From the NCBI RefSeq assembly GCF_006345805.1, contig NC_042997.1, positions 185,256,001 to 185,320,000 on the forward strand: a DNA stretch of 64,000 nt, given 5' to 3'. The notes below the pieces were generated by a model. It was not told the origin of the DNA, did not search any database, and saw nothing but the letters and a program-made list of their open reading frames with translations. The translations under genes were made by a program, and so were the position numbers. Shown here piece after piece: positions 51,197-64,000 of this stretch; position 1 is the first letter of the stretch; each line of letters begins with the position of its first letter. The stretch is from Octopus sinensis. Lineage: Eukaryota.

Positions 51197-52819
51197 CATT
51201 TTGAAACATATTCGTAACTATAATGCTTAAAATGCATACATATCTTTCGGTGTAAGTATTTATTGTGACTTCGTTTCAAATAGATACATCTTATGCTTGT
51301 ATATTTCACGGAATAGCTTGTCTGTATGAACTCCTACATACATATATATTAATACTGATCAGTATGAATGCATCAATCTAATCTCTGTATATTTCTATTT
51401 GTTAGCTAACGTCCGTGTGCTACCATGTATGTATATGCGTTTGCGTACATTTATTTAAATAACTATCAGTTTCTAAGTACATATTTATCAAATCGATCTT
51501 TCTATTCATAAGGATTGTCAAATCCTTCAAAATGATAAAGAAAGAGGAACTAATACTATTAAATTTTCTTATACTTTTACATTAGTAAACCGTTGTTCAA
51601 AAATGGAATAACACTATATTATATGTCAAACTGCCAAGCAAGAAAACATTTGTATAGTTTGAGAAATTAGTGAGATGATTATCCAGTGGAAATTCTTGAC
51701 GCCTCTTTTTCGTACAATTTATCGATTTTAACAATTTCTAACTATATATTCTGTCTAAATATCTGACATGAGTTTGTATGCCTACGATTTTTAAACTGTT
51801 GGGAGAATATTAATAAAATTATATTTAAAGATGAAAAATATTCCAACATTTCTTCCATCTACGTTTTGATTCGATTGCGGTTTATTATCGAGATTCATTA
51901 GGTTGTTATTTCGAGATGTGTGCATGACTGTTAACTGGATTCGAACTCATAAAAATTATACCCAATGACAGTTGAAGACCAACTATACGTACACAGTGGA
52001 TAAAAATATTACAACATTTTATAAAAAAATATTACAACATTTTATCAGTTCGAAAAATATTACTGGAATTTCCTACGAAACAGTTGATGGTAGTATATAA
52101 TTGTATAAAAAATGATCGTTTTATGAAACCTGTAAACTTTAACTTGATCAATTTCTAAATTCATGAGACTCAAAGGAAGCACTATAAACCATTCAATACA
52201 TCTTTAACTGCTACTTTCATTTCACGTTTCGTAGGTTTTAACAGGACATAATTGAATATAATAAAAGCAAACACCATTCTGAATAGTAAGCTATTCTGGT
52301 CAATACCAGTTACTGATCTACGGATGTTTTACGGATCCATTTTCGTTTACGTCTCCAACGTGTTTTGCAAATAGTGCAAAACACTGAGATACAGTTTTTA
52401 TATTATGCATTTTATATATATATATATGCCTGTTCTACACGTGTCACCTCTACCGAAAAGGTAATCGCTTTCCACGCTTGCTGATCAATTGTTTTTGTCT
52501 CATTTTGTCTCAAAGTTGTAAGACGCCCCTTGTCATTCTTGTTCTTAACCGTTGCTGTTTCCAATTTTATCTTCGTCTCTTGTTTTCCTATTCGTCTCTG
52601 TTGTTGCGTTCACATTCTTTCCTTCTACCAAAGAAATCTAATGCCCATAGCTTAGCTTTTCCTTGGGGCTGGCCGTTTTGGAGCAAATCTCAGAATTAAA
52701 CAGCCGAAATTTGCCATGATGAATCGGTTTCTGACTGAAGAATGAAGGCTTCGAATGACTGTCTGTTTTCCGTGTTCGTCACTTCGTGTATTTCACGTTC
52801 TTTATATATAAAGTTTTAT

Positions 52820-52868
<49 letters not shown>

Positions 52869-52930
52869 AGACTCTATTCCTTAAAGCGTAGGCGAGAAAG
52901 ATATTCCATAATATACATCTGGAAGGACTT

Positions 52931-53332
52931 GTCCCAAACTTTGGCATCGAGAGTTAAACAAATACCAAAACTGGGCGCCACTGCATAGTGCCAAGGACTC
53001 CAAATTTGCCATCAAGATGTAGTACAAGATACTGCGATAGCCTGGGCTTCAGAGGTCCACAGCTCTTCAATATCCTTCCGATGCACCTGAGAGACATGCA
53101 TGGGGTGGATGCAGATGTCTTTAAAATAAAGCTGGACCTCTTCCTGTCAGGTGTCCCAGATGAACCAACTTCATGGCAGGAGGTGCAGATGAGGGCAGCT
53201 GCATCAAACTCTCTCATGCACCAAATATCAATTGCTAAAAAGCATTCGTGAAGTAAAATCATGTAGCAACACCGAATGGCGGTGCCCCAGTATGGCCACA
53301 GCTCGTGAGCTGAAACTAGATGAGATGAGATG
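52931..53332 (+). mobile_element. 3' end of CR1-group LINE (family 2) with SINE-shared tail
   Basis: TGRHCIVP...SLGFRGPQLFNILP...FKIKLDLFLSGVPDEP...SNSL. The 3' UTR ends GGCGGTGCCCCAGTATGGCCACAG...CTGAAACTA(GATGA)n. Confidence 0.88.
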
Positions 53333-53538
53333 TCCATTAAGATCGTTTACAGGAAACGCTTTGAATATGCATTTATAAGTTTCCATTCTATTATACTGGC
53401 TATACCCCAATGATGCCAACTGGTGATACCAGATTTCTGGGGTCGCACCGAGCTGTGCTGATATAATGTAACATAAGTATAGTAATAATAATAATAAAAA
53501 TAATAATAATAATCATAATAATAATAATAATAATAATA

Positions 53539-53577
<39 letters not shown>

Positions 53578-55738
53578 TGATGATATTAATCCTTGGATGG
53601 AATTTATCATTCCAGAAATACAGACTATGACCTTAAGAAACATGAAATTTGTTGAAACGCGTGTAACCGTGCATTAAAATATTTATAAATTCCATCCAAG
53701 GATTATTATTATTAATACAGCTTGCACATATTGGCGCAGTAACGCCTTTTCTATAATGTCTCTCATTAATGCTCTCATTCGCTGCCGGCGAATGATAGAT
53801 TTCAAGCAGAAAGTATGCTATCTTTGAGTTCTTGTTCAAAGAGAGTGCAGGGTGTCCGATATCCTCAAAAAGTTAAAAGTTGTTTGCGGATCTGATACCA
53901 CTCTCAACTGAAATGTGCAAGATAGGTGAAGGAGCTGAAGGACTGTTAATCAAGTATTGAACAGAAACTAGGTAGTGGGAGACATCAACTGCGACCACTG
54001 ACACGAATCGCCAGCGAATGGACGACTGTAGAAGCTGCGGTCACAATGTACTTCAGAAGATAGTAGATAGATAGACACACACACACACACACATATATAC
54101 ATATACATAAACATCTATAAATGTGTATATATTCATGTACTTATATATTTCCACGGAAAATTCAATTTGGATATTCGTTTTTACTAAATTTATATTGTTC
54201 CTTTTTTTCCTGCTAGATTTAATTTCCACTATTTTAAATCAGTAACTACTATTTTCTTACCAATAAATAGCCACAGAAATGATTTTTCCACACAACAGAT
54301 AAATTGGGCAAGATATACATGGACATAATGGACAAGGTATACATTGGACAACAGTTTCACCTTTTCATGCATATAAATTAAAATGAATGGATCAATGCTG
54401 CTTCTATATCCGTTTTGCACTATTTTTAGAATGAATAAGTTGAAGGAGTATATCCAAATTTACAAAACCCTTATATAGGTAGTTAATTCTGCAAAGTTTC
54501 CGACTTTGGCAACTTACAGTTTGTGGGCAGCAACTATGCTAATATCACAGAGCTGTCATATTTATCTATCTTCGCACCATGGTCAGTATAACGTTGTAAC
54601 ATTGTATAACAGTACAGAATTGAAGATTGGTGTGAAAGTATGGCTTTACAGGTTAAAATAACGGTATTTTATTTTAATCGTTAAGCTACCACCAAGTTGT
54701 TAAATATGTGCTATGTACGTAGCGTAGAAGTTCGTTCCATGACGTTAAATACAAAGTTTTGTCACATACACAGACAAAACGTGTATAGGTGTATAACTCG
54801 TAGGAAGATGTTACTGTCAACACCAGAATTTCACGAGAACGTGGTACTACATAGCACACGGTAACCCCATCCTGATTCCAAAAATGGCCTATAGCGAAAA
54901 ATGAAAATACGAAGTTATACGAGTTTCCTAAATATATTTTAATTTCTTATTCTGAATCACTTCATTGCAGCTTAATCACAACTCTCATTCACTGGAGATC
55001 TCTCTTTTCTCTTTCATTTCCACTCACCTTTGTATAATAAAATCTGCGTCAACTCGGTTTAGTAAAGGAATACAATGAATGACGAGGGTTGTTTCACAAA
55101 GCAAAACGGCAAGGCAAAGCAAAACTAATTTGTTTTCCATTTCTTCATGGTCTAGCCACGAAAGTTATCTGTTGTATTCATTCACAGAATTAGTTAGTTA
55201 CAAATAAAACAAGAAAAGAAAAATACTGAAAGGAAGAAAAGAAACAATAGTGAACGAAGAACGAAGAAGAAAAAAAAAAGGCAGGACTTGGTGGAAAGAT
55301 TTTAACTAGAAGTATAGAAGTAAATAGACCAAGCATACGGTTTCGCTATTGTAAAAGAGAGGAAGCAAGAGAAGGACAAGGAGGGGAGGGGGGAAGAAAA
55401 GCAGAAACAAAGGAAGAAAGAGAAAGTAATGAGACAGAAAGAGAAACGAGGGTGAAAATGGGAGAGGAAGTATTTGTACAGAAATGTGTATATGTGTGTG
55501 CGCACGTATGTGTGTGCGCGCGTATGTGTGTGCGCGCGTATGTGGGTGTATGTGTGCTTGTAAGTATGTGAGTATGTGCGTTCGTATTTGTGTGTGCGTG
55601 TGTTTGTAGTAGTGTGCAAATTCATGAAAAAGATGGCTTCTAAGAATCTTGCACTTATATTTCTATTTGACCATGGATGAGTTTCTAAGGAGAAAAACAG
55701 AACCGCTGGTATCACCTTTCTTTCATTTCTTTGCCTTT

Positions 55739-55792
<54 letters not shown>

Positions 55793-56166
55793 TATCTCTC
55801 TCTTTCTTTCTCTCTCTCCCACTCCTCTCTCTCAGTACTTTTCTCTCGCCTCATCATAACTTATCAATCTATTTTCCTTGCTTTTCTCTTTCTGTTCAAC
55901 CCTTCTTTTTATTTTAATTTCCCCTTTCTGTCTCATTCCCCCTTTCATTATCGAGAAACATCTCTTTTATTCAACATCCTTGGCGCCATTATCGTCGTTT
56001 CTAAGGATTCTAACGAGCATTTTTAGTCAGCTTATGCAATAAGTACAATACGAGTCCCGATGAGAATCTCCAGACAATATGTAAAAGAGAAACCAGTGCA
56101 GCTTTCCAAGATCCGCGTGTGAGAGCGATGATAAAATACGTGTAACAACTAACTAATAACGACTAA

Positions 56167-56557
56167 TCTCTCTATATATAAAGCTGAAGTTGTCTGTGTA
56201 TGGCAGGTTTGGTAGCCTTCAACTAACACTATCTCCTCCAAGACCCTACGGCGCAAGTTGACCAAAATTGAGAATATGATAGAAGAAGGCTTGCTCTTCC
56301 TTTCGTAGAAGAAAAGAATCAAATCGGACCATGTTAACACCAAAAATTATTTACATTAAAAAGGTGCTTTTTTTCTATGTAAATCCCTATTTTTACGATT
56401 TTTTTACTGCTGTGTCACCATTTTTCGGTGTATTTCAACCAGAAAAATGTTCACTTAAAGAGAATAACAAGCTACATAATGCAAAATTTTTACTTTTCAA
56501 AAATTCCAATTCTAAAGGGTCGAAAAAAATCCGAGTAACGCCGGGCGATACTGCTAG
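56167..56557 (+). mobile_element. Non-autonomous Helitron
   Basis: A|TCTCTCTATATATAAAG...CCGAGTAACGCCGGGCGATACTGCTAG|T. Confidence 0.85.
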
Positions 56558-57574
56558 TAATAAATAACACTGTTTGTTAAATGGATGTAGTCAATGGACA
56601 CTAGGATTGGTAAAGCGTCAGAGAATGATTTCCTTTATCTAGTTAACTACCCTTACGCTCTGTTTCAAATTTCACTTAAATCTACTTCACCATTTCTCAT
56701 CCTGGATATTCGTATTGAATTTTTTTCCTTCTCAATCTATTGTATCCTCCCGCAAAATGTATTATTTGCATATGCGAACCGGTCTGTTATATAATATTTG
56801 GTACGATATCATGTCTGTTAAACATATCTTGTTTCCCCATAAATGCAGTCAGTATTTGATATTATATTTCACTACTTAGTATACCTACAAGCATAAAAAA
56901 ATAACATGAGGTGATATGTAACTTTGTTGTAAGAAATTTTTTTATGCTTAAGATTTATTTCTGCCGCATTTCTTTTTTTCGAGTAAAGGGTTTTGTTTCA
57001 CAAATACCTTCTACATTGCTTTGTTCATATCAGCACAACGCAAGGCTAAAATTATTGTAAAAATCAGCAACATGTTAGGAGCTGTGCTTCCTACTCGTAG
57101 AGGAAAACTATTACGCCTAGACTAACACTTTATTTCGGTTTAAATATTGAAAGCTTAGTACAGTAAATACTTCAATATCTTCTTATCCCCTTCATCGTTG
57201 AATGAACACCAGAAACGCACCGAGTAGTGATAAAGTTCCAAATGTTTAGTGAAAATATTTCATAAGCACACATAAATGTAGGTCTTTCATTGATGTGTGG
57301 AAAGAGCCAGAAATAATACCAAAAATCACAGATGGAATTACCATCTTAAAGATGTAACAAACTTCAAATATTGTATTCCAGCCTACTGACATATACAGCG
57401 CTTTAATATAAGAGATGAATACTCACCTGGAAAATAGTAACTCACCCCGAGGAAAACGAGAGGATAATACACATTGATGTGTGTGGTTATAATATTCAGT
57501 TACTAAGAAAGCATTAACTGTATAAAGAGATTGAAGGAGAGAGAAGTTTTGCATTTAATGACAGGATTCTTATT

Positions 57575-57975
57575 TCTTTATTGTCCACAAGGGGCTAAAC
57601 ATAGATCGGATAAACAAAGGTATTAAGTCGATTACATCGATCCCAGTGCATAAATGGTACTTAATTTATAGACCCCGAAAGGATGAAAGGCACAGTCGAC
57701 CTGGGCCGAATTTGAACTCAGAACCTAACGGCAGACCAAATATCTATTTATTTACTACCCACAAGGGGCTAAACACAGAGAGGGCAAACAAGGACAGACA
57801 AACGGAATAAGTCGATCATATCGACCCCAGTGCGTAACTGATACTTATTTAATCGCCCCCCAAAGGTTGAAAGGCAAAGTCGACCTCGGCGGAATTTGAA
57901 CTCAGAACGTAACGGCAGACGAAATACAGCTACGCATTTCGCCCGGCGTGTTAACGTTTCTGCCAGCTCACCGAC
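57575..57975 (-). mobile_element. Family-B SINE: head plus two body units
   Basis: Head GCCAGCTCACCG at about 57962-57973, with two CCACAAGGGGCTAAAC...GAACTCAGAAC units. Confidence 0.88.
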
Positions 57976-58496
57976 TCTGCTGACAGTGTTTCACATCAAT
58001 GGATTCTGAAAACATTAGTCACGATTAAGATGACATAATAAGAATCACGTTTATCAAGCATGTTATGAATATCTTTAACGCATAGTAATAAAACACATGT
58101 CTATAAGAGAAGTTTTCCATGAGAACTCTCCAACTCTAAACATTTGCCAGGTGCTAAGAAACTTTGCCATCTTTTTAAAGGCGACAGGATTCAGATACTA
58201 ATGATATCGGGGAAAAACGAAATATCTTTTACATGCAAATGCAGCATGTAACAAATATACACGAACTGAGTCGAAGAATTGACTTGAAAACTAGTTCAGG
58301 AAAATGCGTGATACATATATACACGCGCACGCACACACGAATACACATCCTGAAATATTGAAACTCAGAGCATACATAAAGCTATGAATAGCAGTATGCG
58401 TGTTTCGAGGTCCATTATTACGTTATTACACGAATAAATTATTTCACTCTCTCGTGAATGTTTATAAGATTTTTATGACGTCATATATATGTATAT

Positions 58497-58820
58497 AATT
58501 ATAACTTAGGATATCTACGAGATCCAACCATGCTGAAAATAGCAGCCAGGATCTAACTTTAAAACCACATTAAGTTTCCATATAGCACAAGAAGAGAAGA
58601 CAAAAAGACAAAATAAAACTAGTAAAAAATATCCCGGATTTCTGACTTTGCATTTAGAAAAGCTTTACTTGTTTTTACTAGTTTTTTTTACTAGTTTTAT
58701 TTTTTACTAGTTCTATTTTGTTTGTTTTTTGTCTTCTCTCCCTGTGCTATGGTTTTAGAGTCAGATCCTGGCTGCTATTTTCAGCATGGCGGCATCTCGT
58801 AGATACCCTAAGTTATAATT
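58497..58820. mobile_element. MITE-like element with approximately 130-bp terminal inverted repeats
   Basis: AATTATAACTTAGG.TATCTACGAGAT...CATGCTGAAAATAGCAGCCAGGATCT is mirrored at about 58740-58820. Confidence 0.8.
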
Positions 58821-59092
58821 TTAATAATAATTATTACCTTTGAAGCTTTTTATTTCTATGTTGGCCACTTGATAAGATTGTTATTTAATTTATCCTTATA
58901 TATATATATATAAATAATAAAAATAACTACAAAATATGAAAAAATGAAATATTATTTCTGATTTTAAGGAACCCTGCATACATAAAGCAGGGTGTGAAGA
59001 TGAGGCAATAGAATAAACTGAAAAGGAATACATACGCAAAAATATTGGCAAAAGACCCCATACATCCCGGACGAGCCCATCGTTACTTTTTT

Positions 59093-59158
59093 AATGGCGG
59101 TGCCCCAGCATGGCCACAGCTCATTGGCTGAAACTGGAAAATCAAAAATCAAAATCAA
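59093..59158 (+). mobile_element. Very short 5'-truncated LINE tail (family 2 type)
   Basis: ATGGCGGTGCCCCAGCATGGCCACAGCTCATTGGCTGAAACTGG followed by (AAAATC)n. Confidence 0.7.
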
Positions 59159-59411
59159 ATACATGACTAATAACTGAGAAAAATAATCAAAGGAGAAATG
59201 ACAAAATTGGAACTTCATGAACTGGAGAACTATGAAATACAGTATACTAAAGTAACTACAGAATTAAGAGTGTAATAATGTACAAGAGTTAATATATTAG
59301 AAAATGACAAAATTACAATAATCAGATCAATTTGCTGACAGGATATTGAGACGAATCGCTGATATATGATTGGGAAATTTAATAAGGAAACTTCACTAAA
59401 ATTGATGGTAT

Positions 59412-59574
59412 AGGCGTAGGAGTGGCTGTGTGGTAAATAGCATGCTTACTAACCACAATGTTCCGGGTTCAGTCCCACTGCGTGGCACCATGGGCAAGTA
59501 TTTTCTACTATACCCTCGGGCCTACCAAAGCCTTGTGAGTGGATGTAATAGACGGAAACTGAAAGAAGCCCGTC

Positions 59575-59641
<67 letters not shown>

Positions 59642-59859
59642 TATATATATATGTGTGTGTGTATGTGTATGTTTGTGTGCGTGTGTTTGTCCCCCCAACA
59701 TCGCTTGACAACAGATGCTGGTGTGTTTACGTCCCGTAACTTAGCGGTTCGGCAAAAGTGACTAATAGAATAAGTACTAGGGTCGATTTGCTCGACTAAA
59801 GGCAGTGCTCCAGCAAGGCCACAGTCAACTGACTGAAACAAGTAAAAGAGTAAAGAGTA
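59412..59859 (+). mobile_element. Family-A tRNA SINE, full length
   Basis: Head AGGCGTAGGAGTGGCTGTGTGG; tail AAGTAAAAGAGTAAAGAGTA. Confidence 0.92.
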
Positions 59860-60133
59860 TAAGCTTTCGGAATATAAAGATTGCGAAATAGAGATAACCA
59901 GTTGTAAGGTAAAAAACAGAAAAATCCCGAAAATAATAAATGCACTGAAAGTTATTTAAAGAGAAGGTGCAGTTACAGAATCCCAAAATTTGGTTTACCA
60001 CACGATAAAATAGCGATGTCAGGAGGCATAAAAGACATTATGTCGAGTAATTTGAATGGAATTGAAAACACAAACTAAAACGCTGCATTTTCCCAAGATA
60101 CTAAGAGTTGTGTTCGATTCTTCAGCTACAGAA

Positions 60134-60206
<73 letters not shown>

Positions 60207-60257
60207 GATAATAATAATAATAAGAAGAAGAACAACAACAATAATAATAATAATAAT

Positions 60258-60804
60258 ATGCCAACATTATGGAATAACAACAGAAAAAAGATGGTATAGG
60301 CTCACACCAGAAAAAGTCACAGAAAACGAGAAAGCAACCATACTCTGGGATATACCAATACACACAGATAGAGAAATTAGGGGCCAACAGACCAGATATA
60401 CTTGTCAGAGATCATGAAGAAGAAAATGCTTTCTAATTGATGTATCAATACCAGCAGATGACATCGTGTCTCTAAAAGAAATGGAGAAACTTTCAAAATA
60501 CAAAGACCTTGAAATAGAGGTAACTAGAATGTGGAATCTAAAAACAGAAACAATTCCTATCATAGTAGGTGCATTAGGCATGATAAAAAAATAGTCAGAC
60601 AAATACATAACAAAAACACCAAGACTTACAAACACATATAACATACAGAAAATTGCACTACTAGGCACTGCACACATCCTACGCAGAACACTTTCAATAC
60701 AGTAACCATCAGTACATCACAGCAAATCACAGCACATACCCAAGGTACACAGAGCTGCGCTCGGTAGTGAAGTGAAAGCACGCTATAAAAATAAAACTAC
60801 TGAA

Positions 60805-60805
<1 letters not shown>
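60258..60805 (+). mobile_element. 3' end of an R4/Dong-clade LINE (PD-D/E..K restriction-like endonuclease) in (TAA)n
   Basis: ILWDIPIHTDREIRANRPDILV / CFLIDVSIPADD...KEMEKLSKYKDLEIEVTRMW...IPIIVGALG...IQKIALLGTAHILRRTL. One frameshift and one stop. TAA tract at 60137-60257; TAC/TAA tracts after 60805. Confidence 0.92.
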
Positions 60806-60879
<74 letters not shown>

Positions 60880-61717
60880 TAATAATATTAATGATGATAA
60901 TGATGATGATGATGACAATAAATTTTCAAATTTTGGCACCAGGCCAGCAATGTTTTGGCTGGGGTTAAGTAAATTACATCGAACCCAGTGCTTGAATTAG
61001 TAATTATTCTATCGGTCTCGAGAACGCAATTTTGGTGTCGTCGGTATTTTTCTTTTTCAGGTATTTCTTTCCACACAGTTATTACATCATTATACTTAAA
61101 ATCATTTAAAATAGAAACGCATTTATTGTTAGTACATATCTTTCAAAACCCAAACGTCTTATAAGCATGAAAACAATTTTAAACTGAAGAGCTGGGTAAA
61201 GAAATTTTCGCTCATCACTTACATGTATTCGTTTCTCAATTACTTTTAATGCGATGATTGTGTTTGCTCTGACAACTATTCGAGATTTTAATTGGAATCT
61301 CCTCTCAATATACTTTACAGTTACCGATGTGTATGCGTGTATATGTACGTTTATGCGGTATGTGTAAGAACTTCTATGTTTGGGTTTGTGTGAGAGTGTG
61401 TGCGTTGGTGGAAACAAGAAACGTTCGACATGAAATAAAGGATGCGTAAAGGAAGAAAATAATAAGAGAAGAGACGTTATTGTGTATTTCTATTCATCAA
61501 CATCGCTAATCTTTTCTACTCTTTATTATATGAAGAAGAAACTAATATTCAGAAATACACATAAGATTTTAAATACTAATGCAAGTTTGATAACAATACG
61601 TCTTAGTGAAATATACTTGGAAGTAAAAATATTTATTACCTTTCCAGTATATTTGGATATTTAGTTTTAGGCATATATATTACATCCATACATAGAAATA
61701 TATATATATATATATAT

Positions 61718-62126
61718 AGGCGCAGGAGTGACTGCGTGGTAAGTAGCTTGTTTACCAACCACATGGATCCAGGTTCAGTCTCATTGCGCCGCAGCTTAGC
61801 CAAGTGTCTTCTACTATAGCTTTGGGCCAATCAAAGCCTTGTGAGTGGATTTGTTGGACGGCAACCGAAAGAAGCTCGTCGTATATATATATATGTATGT
61901 GTGTGTGTGTGTGTGTGTTTGTTTGTGTCTGTTCGCCCCCCCCCAACATTGCTTGACAACTGATGCTGATGTGTTTACGTCCCCGTAACTTAGCGGTTCG
62001 GCAAAAGAGACCCGATAGAATAAGTACTAGGCTTACAAGTCCTGGGGTCGATCTGTTCGACTAGAAGCGATGCTCCAGCATGACCACAGTCAAATGACTA
62101 GAAGAGATAAAAACAGTAAAAGAATA
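61718..62126 (+). mobile_element. Family-A tRNA SINE
   Basis: Head AGGCGCAGGAGTGACTGCGTGG; colinear body. Confidence 0.88.
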
Positions 62127-62134
62127 TACATATA

Positions 62135-62410
62135 CAGGGTGCGATGGGTAAATTGTCACCATATAGGTTTTAATTTTTCGCGCACGCGCTTTCTTTGTTT
62201 TGATTTTTCGACTACATGGTATAGTAGAGTCAGTTGGGCACCGCCTGTGAGAAAACAGCACTGTGACGCAATTCTTTGTGCCATAAATTTGGTAACGGCA
62301 TGATATACTGCATGCCATACTTTCTGTTCATCAGAAAGATCTAGGTTATATATGCCCATATCTAACAAATATTCTTCTGCACACATAAACTGAAATAAAA
62401 TACAAAGACA
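62135..62410 (+). mobile_element. Left end of a mariner-like element related to 38270-38696
   Basis: TA|CAGGGTGCGATGGGTAAATTGTC and shared AGTCAGTTGGGCAC.GCCTGTGAG. Confidence 0.7.
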
Positions 62411-62415
62411 TGCAT

Positions 62416-62650
62416 ATATAAACTTAGATAAACTTAGATATGTTTCGACCAAAGATTGGTCCAGGCCATGTCTAACTTAATAGCACCACCTGATATTATT
62501 ATTCGAATTCTGTTTAAGTCAAGTTTTGTTAAGTCAAGTTTTGTTCAAGTAGTGAGTTCTTGTTGGGTGAGTTGTATCCAATTATGGGTGGCTTATCTGG
62601 TATTCTTTGAATGAATCTATCCAGACTCTGTTTAAAGTTGATGGGATCCT
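62416..62650 (-). mobile_element. 3' end of CR1-group LINE (family 1), second copy
   Basis: Reverse complement of 5445-5700. Confidence 0.85.
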
Positions 62651-63417
62651 TCACATACAAAGTATGGGGGGAAGGGGTTAGGTACGCCAGGTAAGTGCTG
62701 TAACGGATTATTAGGGCTCCAAGGTTATAGCCGAGACGGTAGTTATGCAGCCATTGCAGATTTCCGATGCCGTGGATATATAAATGTGAAACAGGGAGTC
62801 AAATACTAAGGGAAGGCAAACATCTCACGTCATATACAATATTTTTGCAAGAAGGCATTCAAAATCTTACAGCTGTTTCTGGGATACTGTCGAGTATGGG
62901 ATATTCCATCATCAGAGACAAATTGTGGAAAAAATATGCAAAAATAAGAATGGTATATATTAATGAGATGATAACATAGCGGAAGGGAGTAAAAGAATAA
63001 GGAGATGGTAAGAGAGAAGAAAAAAGCGCCGTAAAAGTTCATGGTTCAACTCTCCGAAGTTATAGAAACCAAACCATGAGTCATATATAGATATGTACAC
63101 ACAACACCACACACATACAGACTTAATGATAAACAATGCACACACCTAACGGATTCACATGTATGTCACATTAGAGACACGACTATGTTCCAACTTTATC
63201 TTTCTTATAACAGTATTTCATATATTCGTATTAGTTTTTCATTTAGTAAAAATTTCTTAAAACCATATTCAACTTTAACAGAGCTTCATAGAAACATTTC
63301 TAAAAATTTAGCTAGATTTAACGTCTATGTTTTCTTTATAACCTCGTACGGTTTATTTGATCACCAAAGCCGAAAATGTGTTACCGATGTGGTGGTCACT
63401 ATTTCATGCTAATATCT

Positions 63418-63596
63418 GTATGGAAAACAATTAAATTTTGGAAAAATTAAAAGAAAAGTTTTAAAAGGGATATTTGCATAGTAATCAAATACAAGGGTCA
63501 TTTTCCTTGTTTCTGCCCCTTGTATTTGAATACTATGTAAATATTCCTTTAAAATACTTTTCTTTTGATTTTTAAAAATTTAACTGTTTTCCATAC
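63418..63596. mobile_element. Approximately 180-bp hairpin (MITE-like) element
   Basis: GTATGGAAAACA.TTAAATTTT...CAAATACAAGGG.C arms of about 80 bp around a short loop. Confidence 0.75.
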
Positions 63597-63727
63597 TTAC
63601 AATTGAAAAAGGCTCCATAACTGAAACTGGTACTGAAATAAATTTTATAAAATTATTTCAGCATTTCCTACCTTGACTTTTTTCCATATATATATATATA
63701 GGTAAATATATATACCTATATATACAC

Positions 63728-63790
<63 letters not shown>

Positions 63791-64000
63791 CATAGATGTA
63801 TGTGTGAATGGATGGATCAATGTGGGAATAATATATATATATATATATATATGTTATATGTATATATGTAACTATTATATGTTTATATATATATATATTT
63901 ACATATTATATGCATGTGTGTGTGTGAATGTGTGTGCGTGCGTCTACTGGGAAGTTGATTGGAAACTTGCGGTCATACAAGACTGACATCTATGCCAATT

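Noticed and set aside
52728-52765. Hammerhead in CTGAAGA-ATGAAGGCTTC-GAATGAC (and the related 14715-14750)
   Set aside because: GAAT replaces GAAA, and there is no convincing stem I or III.
62320-62345. CTGATGAAC-AGAAAGTA hammerhead-like string on the minus strand
   Set aside because: There is no room for stem II, and it lies within a mariner-like fragment.

Overview
This is an AT-rich, microsatellite-saturated eukaryotic window. The SINE and Helitron families are those I associate with coleoid cephalopods, most likely Octopus (inference from repeat content). I found no confidently identifiable intact host protein-coding gene. Almost all ORF-track entries are translations of (TA)n, (ATGT)n, (CA)n, (TATC)n or (TAA)n tracts. 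The window is a layered archive of mobile DNA: (1) at least four tRNA-derived SINE families in over 20 copies; (2) CR1-group, R4/Dong and L1/Tx1-like LINE relics; (3) a Penelope-like element (PLE) with RT C-terminus, GIY-YIG endonuclease and an inverted pseudo-LTR; (4) Tc1, mariner-like and hAT transposase relics; (5) non-autonomous Helitrons and hairpin MITEs. Three items stand out. First, an ORF-less 458-bp-period tandem repeat at 34.9-35.8 kb in which each unit carries a complete type I hammerhead ribozyme, the architecture of a retrozyme/circular-RNA replicon. Second, a full-length U6 snRNA retrocopy fused to a SINE/LINE 3' tail and inserted in the PLE ORF. Third, an 867-bp fold-back inversion centred on a SINE-internal microsatellite. 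Several other hammerhead-like motifs of distinct families are scattered through the window. All alignments, folds and coordinates were derived by eye; element boundaries are approximate.
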